Positions 40,019 to 51,172 of a stretch of DNA of 64,000 bases are shown one piece after another. The translations under genes were made by a program, and so were the position numbers. Each line of letters begins with the position of its first letter. The stretch's first letter is position 1. The stretch is from Lama glama. Taxonomy: Eukaryota. Below the pieces are notes generated by a model that saw only the letters and a program-made list of their open reading frames with translations, did not search any database and was not told the DNA's origin. The stretch covers positions 1,922,001 to 1,986,000 of the forward strand of contig CM052828.1 of assembly GCA_028534125.1 (NCBI GenBank), written 5' to 3'.

Positions 40019-40680
40019 GGAGGGTGGACAGAATCTATCAACCCAACACGCCTCTTTGGCATATTGATTATTTTGAATTAAAGTTGCTTGAGAGGGGGAG
40101 GCTATAGCTCAGTGGTAGGCTGTGTGCTTAGCACGCACAAGGTCCTGGGTTCAATCCCCAGCACCTCTGCCAAAAAAAAAATGTTAATTAAAAAAATACA
40201 TTAAAAAACTTAATTACCTCCCCCCCTAAAAAAACTAAATAGAAAAAAAGTTACTTGAGAAGCAGTCGGTGTAAGAAGGACACTCTGACCTTCCTTTGTC
40301 CCCCTGAAATCAAGAAATAAATCTCTCACGTGACATGTGCCCTCCCTGTACCAGGAAAGCAGGATCCCTGATCACCAGAGACAGGGGGCTCAGGGCTGGA
40401 AAGGCTGGATAACCAAACCTAGTTCGTTCTTCACCCGTTTGCTACTGCAAGACCAAACTCCTCTGTCTTGTCAGTTCTTCACAAATGTACTGTTTCTTTG
40501 TCTAGCAGGTACAAGAAGTTGCCTGCTTTGGTCATTTCTTTGAATTTCGTATTTTCATGGGGAGCCTGTACATACAGAACTAAATTTGTTTTTCTCTCTT
40601 AATCTGTCTTGTGTCAGTTCAATTATCAGAGCAGCCAAAGAACCCAGCAGGAAGAGGGAAGATCGTTCCGCGCCCATGGA
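40019..40680 (+). mobile_element. MER34-like ERV1 solo LTR
   Basis: Head gcctctttggcatattgattattttga and tail aatctgtcttgtgtcagttcaattatcagagcagccaaagaaccc resemble the LTR at 26321. Confidence 0.7.
40094..40246 (+). mobile_element. Vic-1-like SINE inserted into a solo LTR
   Basis: GGGGGAGGCTATAGCTCAGTGGTAG..GGTTCAATCCCCAG..TAATTACCTCCCCCCC. TSD aaagtt(g/a)cttgaga at 40080-40093 and 40247-40260. Confidence 0.92.
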
Positions 40681-41158
40681 CGCACCCTCGCCCGCGTGAC
40701 GGGTTTATCCAGGGGTTTATTAGGAAGCCCGTTTGCCTATTTATTTACAAGGAAGATCTTCCTCTGGTGGGCACGGCAGTTACCCCTGCACGTGTGTTTG
40801 CCCTTTTGCCTTGTTCTTGGGAAGTTCAGAGTGAAATGTAATGTTCGATTATAATGGTACTGATACCATTGGCCTGTGGATTCGGTAACTTGGTTTCTTT
40901 CTCATTCCAATACATTTTCCATTTCACTGTCAGTGGAGAAAGGTAGATATCACGTCACAATACAGTAACATGAGACATAAAAACATACGCACGTAGAACC
41001 CGTGTCCAGAATTTATCCTGAATAATTTAACGTTACAAAACTCCACAGACATAAAGTTATTTTCCCAGTGTTATCTGTATTAAATCCAGCTTAAGTGAGC
41101 ATAGAGTAAATTATAAAAAAAAAAGTATCATCACCAAAACAAAATAAAAAGAGAAACC

Positions 41159-41295
41159 AAGACCAGCTACATAATTGGCAGGTCCCAGTGCCAAATGGAA
41201 AAGCTGGGCAACTTGTTCAAAATTGTTAAGAACTTCAAGGTGGTGACAACACTGGGCCCTTCTGAAGAGGGGATCGGTGGGACTTCCTGAAACTG
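41159..41295 (-). mobile_element. MER45A-like hAT DNA transposon fossil
   Basis: ccagctacataattggcaggtcccagtgccaaatg..ttgttcaaaattgttaagaacttcaag..gggcccttctga. Confidence 0.72.
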
Positions 41296-44199
41296 GCCCT
41301 GTTGGAAACACAGAAAATGTTTACAATATGTTCATTGGCAAATGGAACACAGGAAGCGATAGATGTGATTATAATTACATAGAATGTGTATGCACATGCC
41401 AAAGTCTGGGAATTAACTTCAAAAAGTCAAAGTAGCTGTTCAGGTGATAATATGACGGAGTTTTAGCAAAACCTCCCATAATACTTTCATGGTATAATTT
41501 GGGGGTAAAGTGTTTAAAATAAAGCAGATAGGATAGGAATCCATGTCTGTAGAAAGACCAGCGATGAGGCGCATGGTCTTTGTAGACCTGAGTGTCTCCT
41601 CTGACAGGTCCCCTCCACCCTTACTTGTGGTATGTCAGCGTGGCTGCTGGTCCCGGGAAGGGGCCTCCTCATCGGGTTGGTGGGCATGGCTGTCCTGGGC
41701 TGTCTTGGTCATCGGGAACCCCCCTAGTCCAGGCAACTCTCTGAAATGCCACCTGAAGGGCTCTCTTCACTCAGCTCCAATAAGACACCACTACCGGCTG
41801 AGAACGGTGAGGCACAAACTATGAAATCAACAGAGCGGTCAGTGTAAGATACAAACTCAGTACATCAAGACTCTGTCTCAGTCCTGGAGCTGACCCTCCT
41901 GGCCTGTGCTGTCCAGTGATGCTCTCAGTACCCCAGGCAGTCCTGTGCCCGGCCACCTGTGGCCCGCCTTCCCTAGATGCACCGTGGGGCACTCGCCCTT
42001 TCAGTGTCTGCAGCTGCACAAAGCCAACAATTAGAGCATCACACAGGATATGAACAGGCCTGGAGCTGGCCCCTGGGAGCCTCTTACCGAGAACATTCTC
42101 TGAGAAGGAGAAGGGCCATGAGAAAAACAAACAGACGTCTCTCGAGAGGGCTGTGGAGCTGGACGGAACAGGGCAGGAAGCTGTGGGGCATGTGCTCTCC
42201 GGGGCAGGTGTGTCAGGGCCGGCAGCGGGGGCTCGCCGTCAAGCCGCGCGTCAGGGTGAGGGGCTGGGGTCCTAGACCAGCCCAGCCCCCCCGCGGCATC
42301 CACAGATGCCTGCTCCTCCCTGCTGCCTCTCGTGCAACCAGAAGAGGCTGTGAACACAGCGACTGCCCCAGCTGCGCAGCCGGGCCACATTTGGACTTTG
42401 CAGGCAATTTCATTTTTAACCATGGGACATGGCACAAGGTGACCCGGCGCCACCAGCTGCGGGGCCCCAGTGCAGGGCTTCCCAGCAGCTGGCCGTGCGC
42501 TCAGTGCCCGGTTCAGCAGAGGATTAGTGAGCTTGCCAAGGTCGCTGGAGGACTTGCAGGGCCAGGGCTCTGATCTCTTTGTGCAGTCCCTCCCGTCAGA
42601 ACCAGAACCTTCTCTGTCCGCTGGATTTTGGACGCTAGCTCATTCCTCAGAGCACGGCCTCATGTTCTGCTCTGGGGACTGTCTGTGGAACATTCCAGGC
42701 TCTTTCCCTCTTGTGGGAAAAGTGAGACAGCAGAGTTCTCTTCAGCCTGTGCCCACCCCCCACAGATGCGTGCCTAGCTGACTGAGCTGAGTCACTGCCC
42801 GCTGACCGGCGGGCTGGGCCACGGGCCCCTCCAGGCCTCTCTCCACCATCCTCTCTGACCGCACTGGGGGTCCCTCCTGGTAAACTGGTTAGCCATTCAT
42901 GGCAGGCAATTTCAAGTAATAAATCCTTTCCACTTGATCCTTAGGTCTAAAGTCATGTGACTCTGGTGCTCCACCTTTGGGTAAGAAACTACTAAAGCAG
43001 AAACAGCATGACTGTCTCTTACGCATAAGAAAAGAAAAGCTTTGTGAATCTCACAGTAGGCTTCATCAGGCTCACGAATCGTAGAATCATAGAATCACAG
43101 ATCTCCTAGTTCTATGGGTGCAAAAACGAGGCCCAGAGAGGCCAAGTGACTTCCTGTGGGTAATTCGGTCAACATGTCAAGTGACAAGTACCCACAGAAC
43201 TCTGATCAGAACCCAGACCGCGTGATTCCCGGTCCAGGACGTGTTTCTTTGATTCCTCCAGGAAGCCCTCCATCATGTGGTAAAACAGACAACGCTCCGT
43301 ACTCATCCTGACCCCTGTTTTGCACACTGGCCTGAAATGTACAGATGTTTCTGTTGTTGTTCAAGCTGAGCCATAGTTTCTAGCCATAAACGTTCTCAAA
43401 CGTAATTGTGCAGAGTTTTGCAAAATAGTTTCATAACTTAAAAAATTTTTTCTGTATAATTGTCTATTTCCTTGCCTTATTTCTAATTATGTTAAATATT
43501 CTCCCCGTCAACCATGTCCTTAATTACTAACTAGGAATTTATCTATATTAATTGTTTTTCAAAAAACTAGTTATTAGATATGTCCATTCTTTTTCGTGCT
43601 CTAATTTATTTCTGCAATCGTATTTTTTTCCTTCTATTTTAGTTTGACTTATTTTGGTTTTGTTTTCCTAACTTTTTAAGTTGAATCCTTTAATTTATCT
43701 TTATTTATTTTTAAATAAATATCTGTGTTAGAGGGTATATGTGCTCCTCTGGACGCAGCTTTAACCAGTTCTCCTCTGATGCATCGTGGTCCTATCCTCA
43801 CTATTATGTAGGTATTCAACAATTTTGGTTTAATTTTTTCGTTTGAACCATATGTTGTGATTTAAGAAAGAATTTTGTCATTTCCAAGTAGTTAACCTTC
43901 ATTTTCAGTCTATTTATATTAAAAATGTGTGGTCAGACATTATGCATTATGTTATTTCAATTCTGTTAATTTATTGTGAATGTCTTTGTAAACTTAATAA
44001 TATTCCGTGCATCTTGGGTCCAAGTAAAAGACTGAATTCTCTATTATAACAGTGTGAAGGTCAGTTTATAACTATCACATCAACCTCACCCATGATGTCC
44101 TTCAGCTCCTCCGTGACTAAGTGTCTCTTGATGTACCAGCGCTAAGAGAGGAGCTGAAGCTGCAGGCTGCCTGCTGTCAGACATGGCTAAGTGGGATCT

Positions 44200-44530
44200 C
44201 TTTTCCTCCATTTTTGCAGGAAAATCGTGTCCCCGCCATGCAGGGACAAGGGCAGGCAGGGAGCTTGGTGGAGGGACGTAATGATACCTGAGGGCACCTC
44301 CCCCCATCTTATTGCAAAACCATAAGGTTAATGCAAGACTCACATCCTATACACGCAGGCTCAGGTCCCTAGAAACTGAGGGCTTCAGTAACTCATGAGA
44401 GTACAGAACCCCAACTGCTGAGGCGCTGGCCACACACAAGGGGAATCCAGAATGAGCCGTAAGAAGAAAACTCTTTAGTGCAAGGCAGAGCCTCGGGACC
44501 AGCTGCAGAAACAGGGACTGTAACCCATAC
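44200..44530 (+). mobile_element. ERVL/MaLR internal-region remnant
   Basis: aggggaatccagaatg..gaccagctgcagaaacagggactgtaa resembles the MLT/ERVL internal 3' end. Confidence 0.5.
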
Positions 44531-47049
44531 CTGTTTTAGCAGCAACACATGAGATGTTGGTAGCAGTGAACCTCACAGTTCAATCCACAAACTGCAGATC
44601 ATAAAACGAGTTTCAGGAAACTGAAGGAAGACAGTACGCGAGCCAGGCAAAGAGGCACTGGGTCTGGGTAAACGCATGGGCCAACGACACCCTTCCGTGT
44701 TAGAAAACAGCCAGCACTCAGGGAGCCCGCGGCACGCTGGCTGTCACCGGCACGCCACTGCTTGACAGTGAGGAGGCTTGGTTCGGAGGAAATTAATTAA
44801 ACTAGTTGAAGCTAAAAGGGGGGAATTTGGCCTTGGAAAGTCCTAAAACCAGGGTTTGAAATGGCACAGGGACTCCCTTTGTTTTCTGTTTCTCTCTGGC
44901 CGGTTTCGCTCTCCTCACTGGCGGTGTCAAACACCAGACCACACACCCGGCTCTTGGATGAGCCCGGGTAGCCCTGTGCACACCGCAGCCGGAGCACCGG
45001 CTTTGGGGAAGGTGCTTGCCCTTACTCGAACCTGAAATGAAGGGCTGCCCCAAGGAAGAGGGGCACTTGGACGCAGACAAAACCACTGTCTGTCCTCACT
45101 GTCTCCACCGCCTCCCGCAAAAGCGTTCTTACGGAATTCAACCCCTTCCCTAAGGAACCCCCACCACCATCATCCTCGCTTGTCTCTGCCGCAAATTTTT
45201 AACCACACGTGTTTCAGGGCCAGGCACGGTGCCTCGTGTTGGGATCACAGGGAGACAAGAGCACAGCCACTCAGGCTGCTGGGTTTTCTTTTATCCCGAG
45301 AGCCAACTGCTCAGCCAGAACAAATCGTTGGTTCATAAAAGGAAATAGCTCAGGCCCGAGGGTGCTGGAGACAGGACAGGGGATGTCACCCGAGAGCAGC
45401 TGTTGCTCCACAGAAGGGGAATGGGGTCATGTGTCTGCCCAGAGCAGCTGCCTCAGGTCATAGTTGACATGGCTCAGTGAGTCCCCCGCTACGACGCCGG
45501 GCAGGTGTCAGAACAGCCTCACCAGGAACGAATGTGTGGAACATGGGAGGGGTGCCCTGTGGACACGTGGCCCTCCGGGTGACATACGAACAAAGCTACA
45601 GCATCCAGGGAGCCCAGGAGAAGCCACATGCGGGATCGGCCCGTTCCCCCGCGGTGCCCAAGGCATCCTTCCAGCTCAGCCTCCTCCGCACGCCTCACTC
45701 CATTAGCCAGCTTTGTTTTGGTCCCCACTGTGGACCATGTCCCCACAAAGTTCTTGTGCTGGATCCTTCTGAGACTGACTCACGACCTAAGAGCTGTGGT
45801 CCGACTCTAAAAGACGTGCTGAGCCCATCAGCTTGGGGATTTTGAACTTGGAGGTGGAGAGATGAAGGTGGGGAGTGATGAAGCCAAGATGAATAGATGT
45901 GAGATGTAAGGGAAGTTGAGCCCAGCAGTGTGGCCACACAGGCTGTGCCTCGGGGGAGGAGGTGTGGGGTGGGGAGAGAGAACAGGGAGCAGATGCGGGG
46001 AAACCCAGGAGCCCAAGGGGGGAGCCCAACCTCAGTGATGTTCCAGACCCAACTTCCAGGAGACCTCTGTCTTGGATTCCTCTGCTTTGATTCTCATCGG
46101 GAATCAAAACTTCCTTAAAGCCCCGCTTATCTGAGCTAGTTCCACGTGACTGGTGGCCAAAGGAGACATCACTCAAACAAAGGAAATTTGAATTGACGTT
46201 TTTTTCTTGACCATTATAAAATATTTCCCCAAGTTACCATCTGTGTTTTAAATACATAGTTTTTAATGGCTAAATAATATTTTGTAGTATAGACACATTG
46301 TATAGGAAATCTAAATACGACAAAGTTGATTACTGTTACCGCTATTAAAATGGATCCCTGAGTACTGAGAAATCTAAGACCTGTGTGTGGTTGCCCCAAT
46401 GATGCAGGAAGAGCTACATTCAAGATTCCTTCTGCCCACCAGAGTGGTCACACACACACAGACACACACACACACACACCGGAATTGACTGTGGAGAAAT
46501 CCAGCATGCCTTCAAAAACTGCCTTGAGCACCATCTTACATCTTAAATCTCTAGCATCCTTCAGAGCCAAAGGCCAGGACGCCGAATCTGAGCAGGGCTG
46601 GTGGGCTTACCGGCACCCTATGTGTGAGCGTTGAACTTGCAGCTGCCGGGAAAACCAGGACCAGGGTTTTCCTTACTTCCTCTTCTTATTCATCTACCTC
46701 AGTGCTCTACCGCTGGAAAGTGCTCAGCAAATGCTCATTTATGATGACGTTAAGGAACAAAGGGTCCTTGACCCAGGCTGTCACTGTGCAGTCCCGGGGC
46801 ACCGTGGGCTCCCGCAGAGGGGCCACTCGTCCCACCACCCAGCACCGCGGCTGCAGCATCACGTCCTGCAGAGGCGGTTTGGACTCTGACTAGACACCGT
46901 AAACTCCTCAGTTTGTGTTACTAACCGGAAAGTCTACGTTCCTAGAGAGGAACCCAGAAGTGTGTCTGCACACCTCAGCTGGGGACGTGCCCGGGACTCT
47001 GCACCTGTCACTTTCTTCCATCCTCACAGCAAACCTCACGATCAAACCA

Positions 47050-48570
47050 GGCTCACAGCCGGGCAAGCAGGAGCTCGCGCAGACCAGGTAAGGCTCCCGC
47101 CGACGCAGAGCCGGGGTACACGCCTTCGCCGCCTGCCACAGGTCCGGGGCGCGGTGGCGCAGCTCCAACGAGCGTCCTGGGGCCACTCATGCCAAGAGGG
47201 GACCAAGTTCGGTTCGGAAGCAAAGGACAGCTTGACTCTTGGACAAGAGAACGGGGAGGCGCCAGCGCTCAGTAGACAGGCGGGGGCGGGGCTGCCCTTA
47301 GGGGTGGGGCGGGGGCGGGGCCTCGCGGGCGGGCGCAGGCGCAGTGGTGCTGCGCACGCTGGGTCCAGGGCCCGGCGGGCGGCTCTGCACACGGCCCGCC
47401 GCCATCTTGGGGCGCGTGGGCGCAGCGCCCTGAGCTGAGGGGTGGACGCAGCCGTTTGGCTCCAGGAAAATGGTCTGAGGTACCAGGTGCGAGGCCTCCG
47501 CACGCGGCCCCCTGCGAGCCAGGGAAGCTAGACTCAGCACGAGGAAAAGGACGGAAAAGGTTAGACTTCACCTTACCGCCTAGATTCGATCCTTGTTTCC
47601 CAGGAATGGGGGCGGGCTCTGCCGGTGACAGACCGGCCTCTGCCGCCTGCCCCTCTGCCGGCGGTGGAGGCGCCGAGGGGCGCGGCCCGGCCCGGGACTG
47701 CGCCCTGCCGCGTGGGCAGCGGGGCGGCGACCGGTGGAGCGGCCGCCTCTGGGTGCGTTTGGTTGCGCCCGGACCTCGGCCCTGACGGTCCGTCTCCCTG
47801 AGTGGCCCCCACGTGCCTGAGTTCTTGGGGACCGAGGACCCCAGTCGGCCGAGGACACGGGGCCCAGATGTCGGGGAGTCGTGGTCACGGGTCGCGGTTC
47901 CTGGAGGCGCGGGTCTGGGGTGCAGGCTCGGCGCCGGGCCGGGTCTCCCCGCGCTCGCTTTGGGTGCTTTCCGGACGGGAAGCTCGGGTCAGAGCGAGGT
48001 TCCCAGCAGGACTCGAGGGGTCCACTGCCTCTGGTCGTCTCCGCGGTTGGGGCTCAGGGCCTCTTCCCTTGTCTGTGACGACCCCATGGAGTGATCCCTG
48101 CGGCTTGGGGACAGAGCGGGTGATGAGGGGCTCCAAGTGGGGTCTGCCCCACTTTGGGGAAAGAAGTTTTGCCGTGTTCGTCACCTGCCCCCAGGGCCTC
48201 CTCGATCTTGGCTGAAGCCCCACGTCGGGCTTTGTCCAGTTCCCCTTGGTATGGACTAGGAGTCGCTGGACGGGTCTAGCCTGAGTTGTGGGTCCCAGGG
48301 CCGCCCTGGAGGCAGTTGTCCGCCTCACTGTTTCCCTTTACGACCCCTCCGCCCCCTTTTGGTGGCCCCTGCGATGAATCACTCCCACCTTCCTGGGAAG
48401 CTGTACTGCTCCTAAGAGCCTCAGGGCCCGAGCCACAGTCACCCGTCTGTTCTCCGCGGTAAGTGTACCTCTTTCCTTCCGAACGGCCCCCGCCTGCCCG
48501 CGTGGGATGGCACGCGCGTACCAGGAGCCTGTGAAACGTCCCAGGTCTCCCCCGTCCTGCGCGCTAAGGC
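47050..48570. promoter_or_regulatory. CpG island built from the ERV 3' LTR and adjacent pol; putative promoter
   Basis: Dense CpG, GGGGCGGGG boxes at 47283-47291 and 47306-47320, an NRF1-type GCGCAGGCGCA at 47333-47343, and a YY1 motif GCCGCCATCTTG at 47398-47409. Confidence 0.75.
47134..47850 (-). mobile_element. 3' LTR of the provirus (both edges approximate)
   Basis: GACCAAGTTCGGTTCGGAAGCAAAGGACAGCTT (47201) aligns to GACCGAGTTCAGTTCAGAAGCAAAGGAAAGCTT (52636). CTAGACTCAGCAC..GGTTAGAC..GATTCGATC is shared between 47528-47591 and 52937-52989. Confidence 0.85.
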
Positions 48571-50135
48571 TCCTTTGAGGGCTCTTGGCTTCGCCCTTTG
48601 GGCTGAAGTCCCTGGAGGCTGGCTTCTTGCTTCTGTGGCTCGAGTCTGGGAGGTCAGTGCATGTCCCGCCAGCCTTTGTCCCCGTCTCGTAAAACACCTC
48701 CTGTCGGAGCCGTTGCTCTTCGGGGTGTGGGAGAGGCTCACTTCCTGGGTCAGGGCGACTGGACTGGACCGTGCCTGTGTTTTCCGTTCAGCCATGTTCC
48801 GGGGGCCCCATTTCTGTGGTTGGCGGGGTGGCAGGAGTTATTCAGCATGTGGCAGATTTTTATGGTGGCCACTGGGTTGTCTAAGAGCATAACCTGAACT
48901 TGAACCAATATTTCGGGATAACCATTCTGTTCCTTTAGGTCTTACTAAAGCCTGACTCCTGTATGGAGTCCACATAGTGACAGACTGACCAGATGTCAGC
49001 TTTTCAGCTACCTTTCGCAGCCTCCATAGACAAGAAGGCCATCCCTTAGCAGTTTGATCTAGTTGTTTAGAGAAAGAAACAACCACTCGAGTAAGGGGTC
49101 CCAGTTTTTGAGCTAATACTCCAAGGGTGATTCCCCTTCTCTCGTGAATGTAAAGGTCAAAGAGTTTAGCCAACTCTGGGGATGGGAGCCCTAGGCTGGG
49201 GCCTGAAGTAACTGCTTTTTTAGCTCTTGAAAGGCCCCTTTGCATTCTGAATTCCATTCAAAAGGATCATCACCCTTCCCTTCTAACGTTTCATATAGAG
49301 ACCGAGCCATTAGACCACAGTTAGGGATTCAGATGCGCAAAACCTCGCTACCCCCAGGAACCCCTAAGCTGTCTTCCAGTTCTAGGAGGGGCGGGGCTGC
49401 AAATGGCTTCTTCCCTTTCCAGGGGTGGGCTTCTCTGACCTTCTGTGAGAACAACGCCCAGGTAGGTCACCCCAGTTTGTGACATTTGAGCTTTTTCTTG
49501 GACACCTTATACCGTTTATCGGCAGGATGGTTCAGAGGTGGCCTTACTGGGGCTCGCAGTCAGAATGCCATCTGCACACTGAGGGAGGGTCCCCTCCTCC
49601 AGATGCAGGTCTCTTAGGTCTTTAGCTACAGTTTCCCCAGAGATGGGGGTTTTTGAGCCCTTGGGGCCGGACTGTCCAGCAGTGTTGCTACTTTTGTTGC
49701 GTGTTTAGGTCCTGCCACTCAAAAGGAAAAATTTCTTCTGACTCTGGGGCTAATGGAATACAGAAGAAGGCGTCTTTTAAATCTAATACAGACACCAGGC
49801 CCTGGTGACGGCAGAGTGGCCAGCAGGGTGCAGGGATCAGGGACCGCTGGACGTGTGTCCTCGGTGGCTTCATTCCTGCCCTGAGGTCCTGTACCACCAA
49901 GTATTCCCCACTGGGTTTCTTTATGGGGAAAATGGCGGTATTACAGGCTGGCTGGCCTGGCCGAAGGAGGCCCTGGTCAATTAGGCCCCGTATAACAGGG
50001 GCAGGGCCAACAAGGCCTCCCGATGGAGAGGGAGCTGTTTTCTGTTGGGCCACGAATGTCCAGGTTTCAGACGGACTCTAGTGGACTGGCTCCTGAAGCT
50101 CGTCCCACCCGTTCCTGGGCCCAGACCTCAGGAGG
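47960..50135 (-). pseudogene. ERV pol remnant (RT, tether, RNase H, integrase ends; integrase core deleted)
   Basis: PEVWA.., CNTAIFPIKKPSGEYLVVQDLRA, VLDLKDAFFCIPL, decayed YVDD read as QCADGIL (49567-49578), SKQLDQTAKGWPSCL, PPGTSAQRA, VIHRRGHQKG and PKWGRP..QGITPW. Many stops and frameshifts. Confidence 0.92.
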
Positions 50136-50146
50136 TAGGAATGCCA

Positions 50147-51172
50147 GGGGCTTTCTTCGGCTCCTGGTGGATCTCTCTTATCTTACTCCAGTTGACGGGT
50201 TTCTTCCCTCTGCCTGGATTCCCTTGAGGACCATGTTTTTATGGAGGGTCAGCCTCTGTCTTCCTCCCCTTCCCCCTTGTCTCTGTGGTCCCAGCCAGGC
50301 TGGTCACCAGGGGCCACCTGAGTCCCCGTCTGGAAGCAGCATGACCTGCGTCATTTCTGTTCTCTTTGCTTCCTTTTGGGCTTTTGAGAAGACCCTGGCC
50401 TTTCCTTCCCCTGTTGGGAGCACGTGGAGGAGGCCCTGGATGTCAGCCAGGTGGGGATCACAGATCTGAAAGTTTCCCCTAATCAGATTCAGGACCCCCC
50501 CCCCCGGATCTCCCCTCAGCCCCTTACCGTGGCTTTTCCAGTAACGCTGACCAGAAGTGGTAGATGGGACGTGGACCTGGGTGAGGCCTCCTTCTCTGTC
50601 AGGGACCTGCCTCAGAGGGAGCACTTCTACTGGGGGTCGTTGGACCCTGGCTGCTAATTAGTCCGGCTTCGTGTACTTGCTGGACTGGGTTCTGGGGAAG
50701 GGGCTGGTGTGGAGGAAGGCCCCTCGGGCCTGTGGCCCAAATCAGGACAAATGAGGAAGGGATCAGGGAGGGAGTGGTGGAGGAGGGTGAGGGAGGAGAC
50801 CAAGAAGGCCCTCGGGGGAGGGTGAAGGCTGGGTATCACCCCAGTGGGTCGGGTCGGTTGGGGAGAGCGCACATCCCTTCTGAACGCCTTTGTTCTGCTG
50901 TAAGGCCATAAGAAACCTGGGCAGAGCGCATTTCATCCCATTTCTTTTGTCTCGGGCATAGCAGGTCCACTTGTAAAACGGTGGTGTAATTTAGAGACTC
51001 ACTGACAGGCCACCTTTCCCCATCTCCCAGCGGTGCTGGGGCCAGGCTGTATTATATGGGAAGATTAAGTATTTCAGGGTCGGGTCAGGGAGTAATACTG
51101 AAAATTTTCCATGTCTGCAGCATGCACCTAACAGGCTAGCCTTTGAGGGTGGTGGACGTCTGGTTCCCTCAC
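50147..51172 (-). pseudogene. ERV gag remnant (matrix, proline-rich linker, capsid N-terminal part to the MHR)
   Basis: Frameshifted segments NTAWPQH..WPVSESLNYTTVLQVDLLC..KKWDEM, LPLRQVPDREGGLTQVHVPSTTS, ADIQGLLHVL and PVNWSKIREIHQEP. Confidence 0.88.

Noticed and set aside
31360-40246. Three tRNA-like sequences (31360, 39099, 40094)
   Set aside because: G-run heads, A-rich tails and, in two cases, TSDs show they are tRNA-derived SINEs, not tRNA genes.
41977-42573. 198-aa ORF and similar ORFs at 16-17, 35-37 and 45-46 kb
   Set aside because: No recognisable domains or exon structure; consistent with GC-rich non-coding DNA.
48838-50053. Domesticated RT/pol protein from ORFs 49688..50053 and 48838..49257
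   Set aside because: The catalytic YVDD is destroyed and the frames are broken by stops and frameshifts. Any exaptation is regulatory, not protein-coding.
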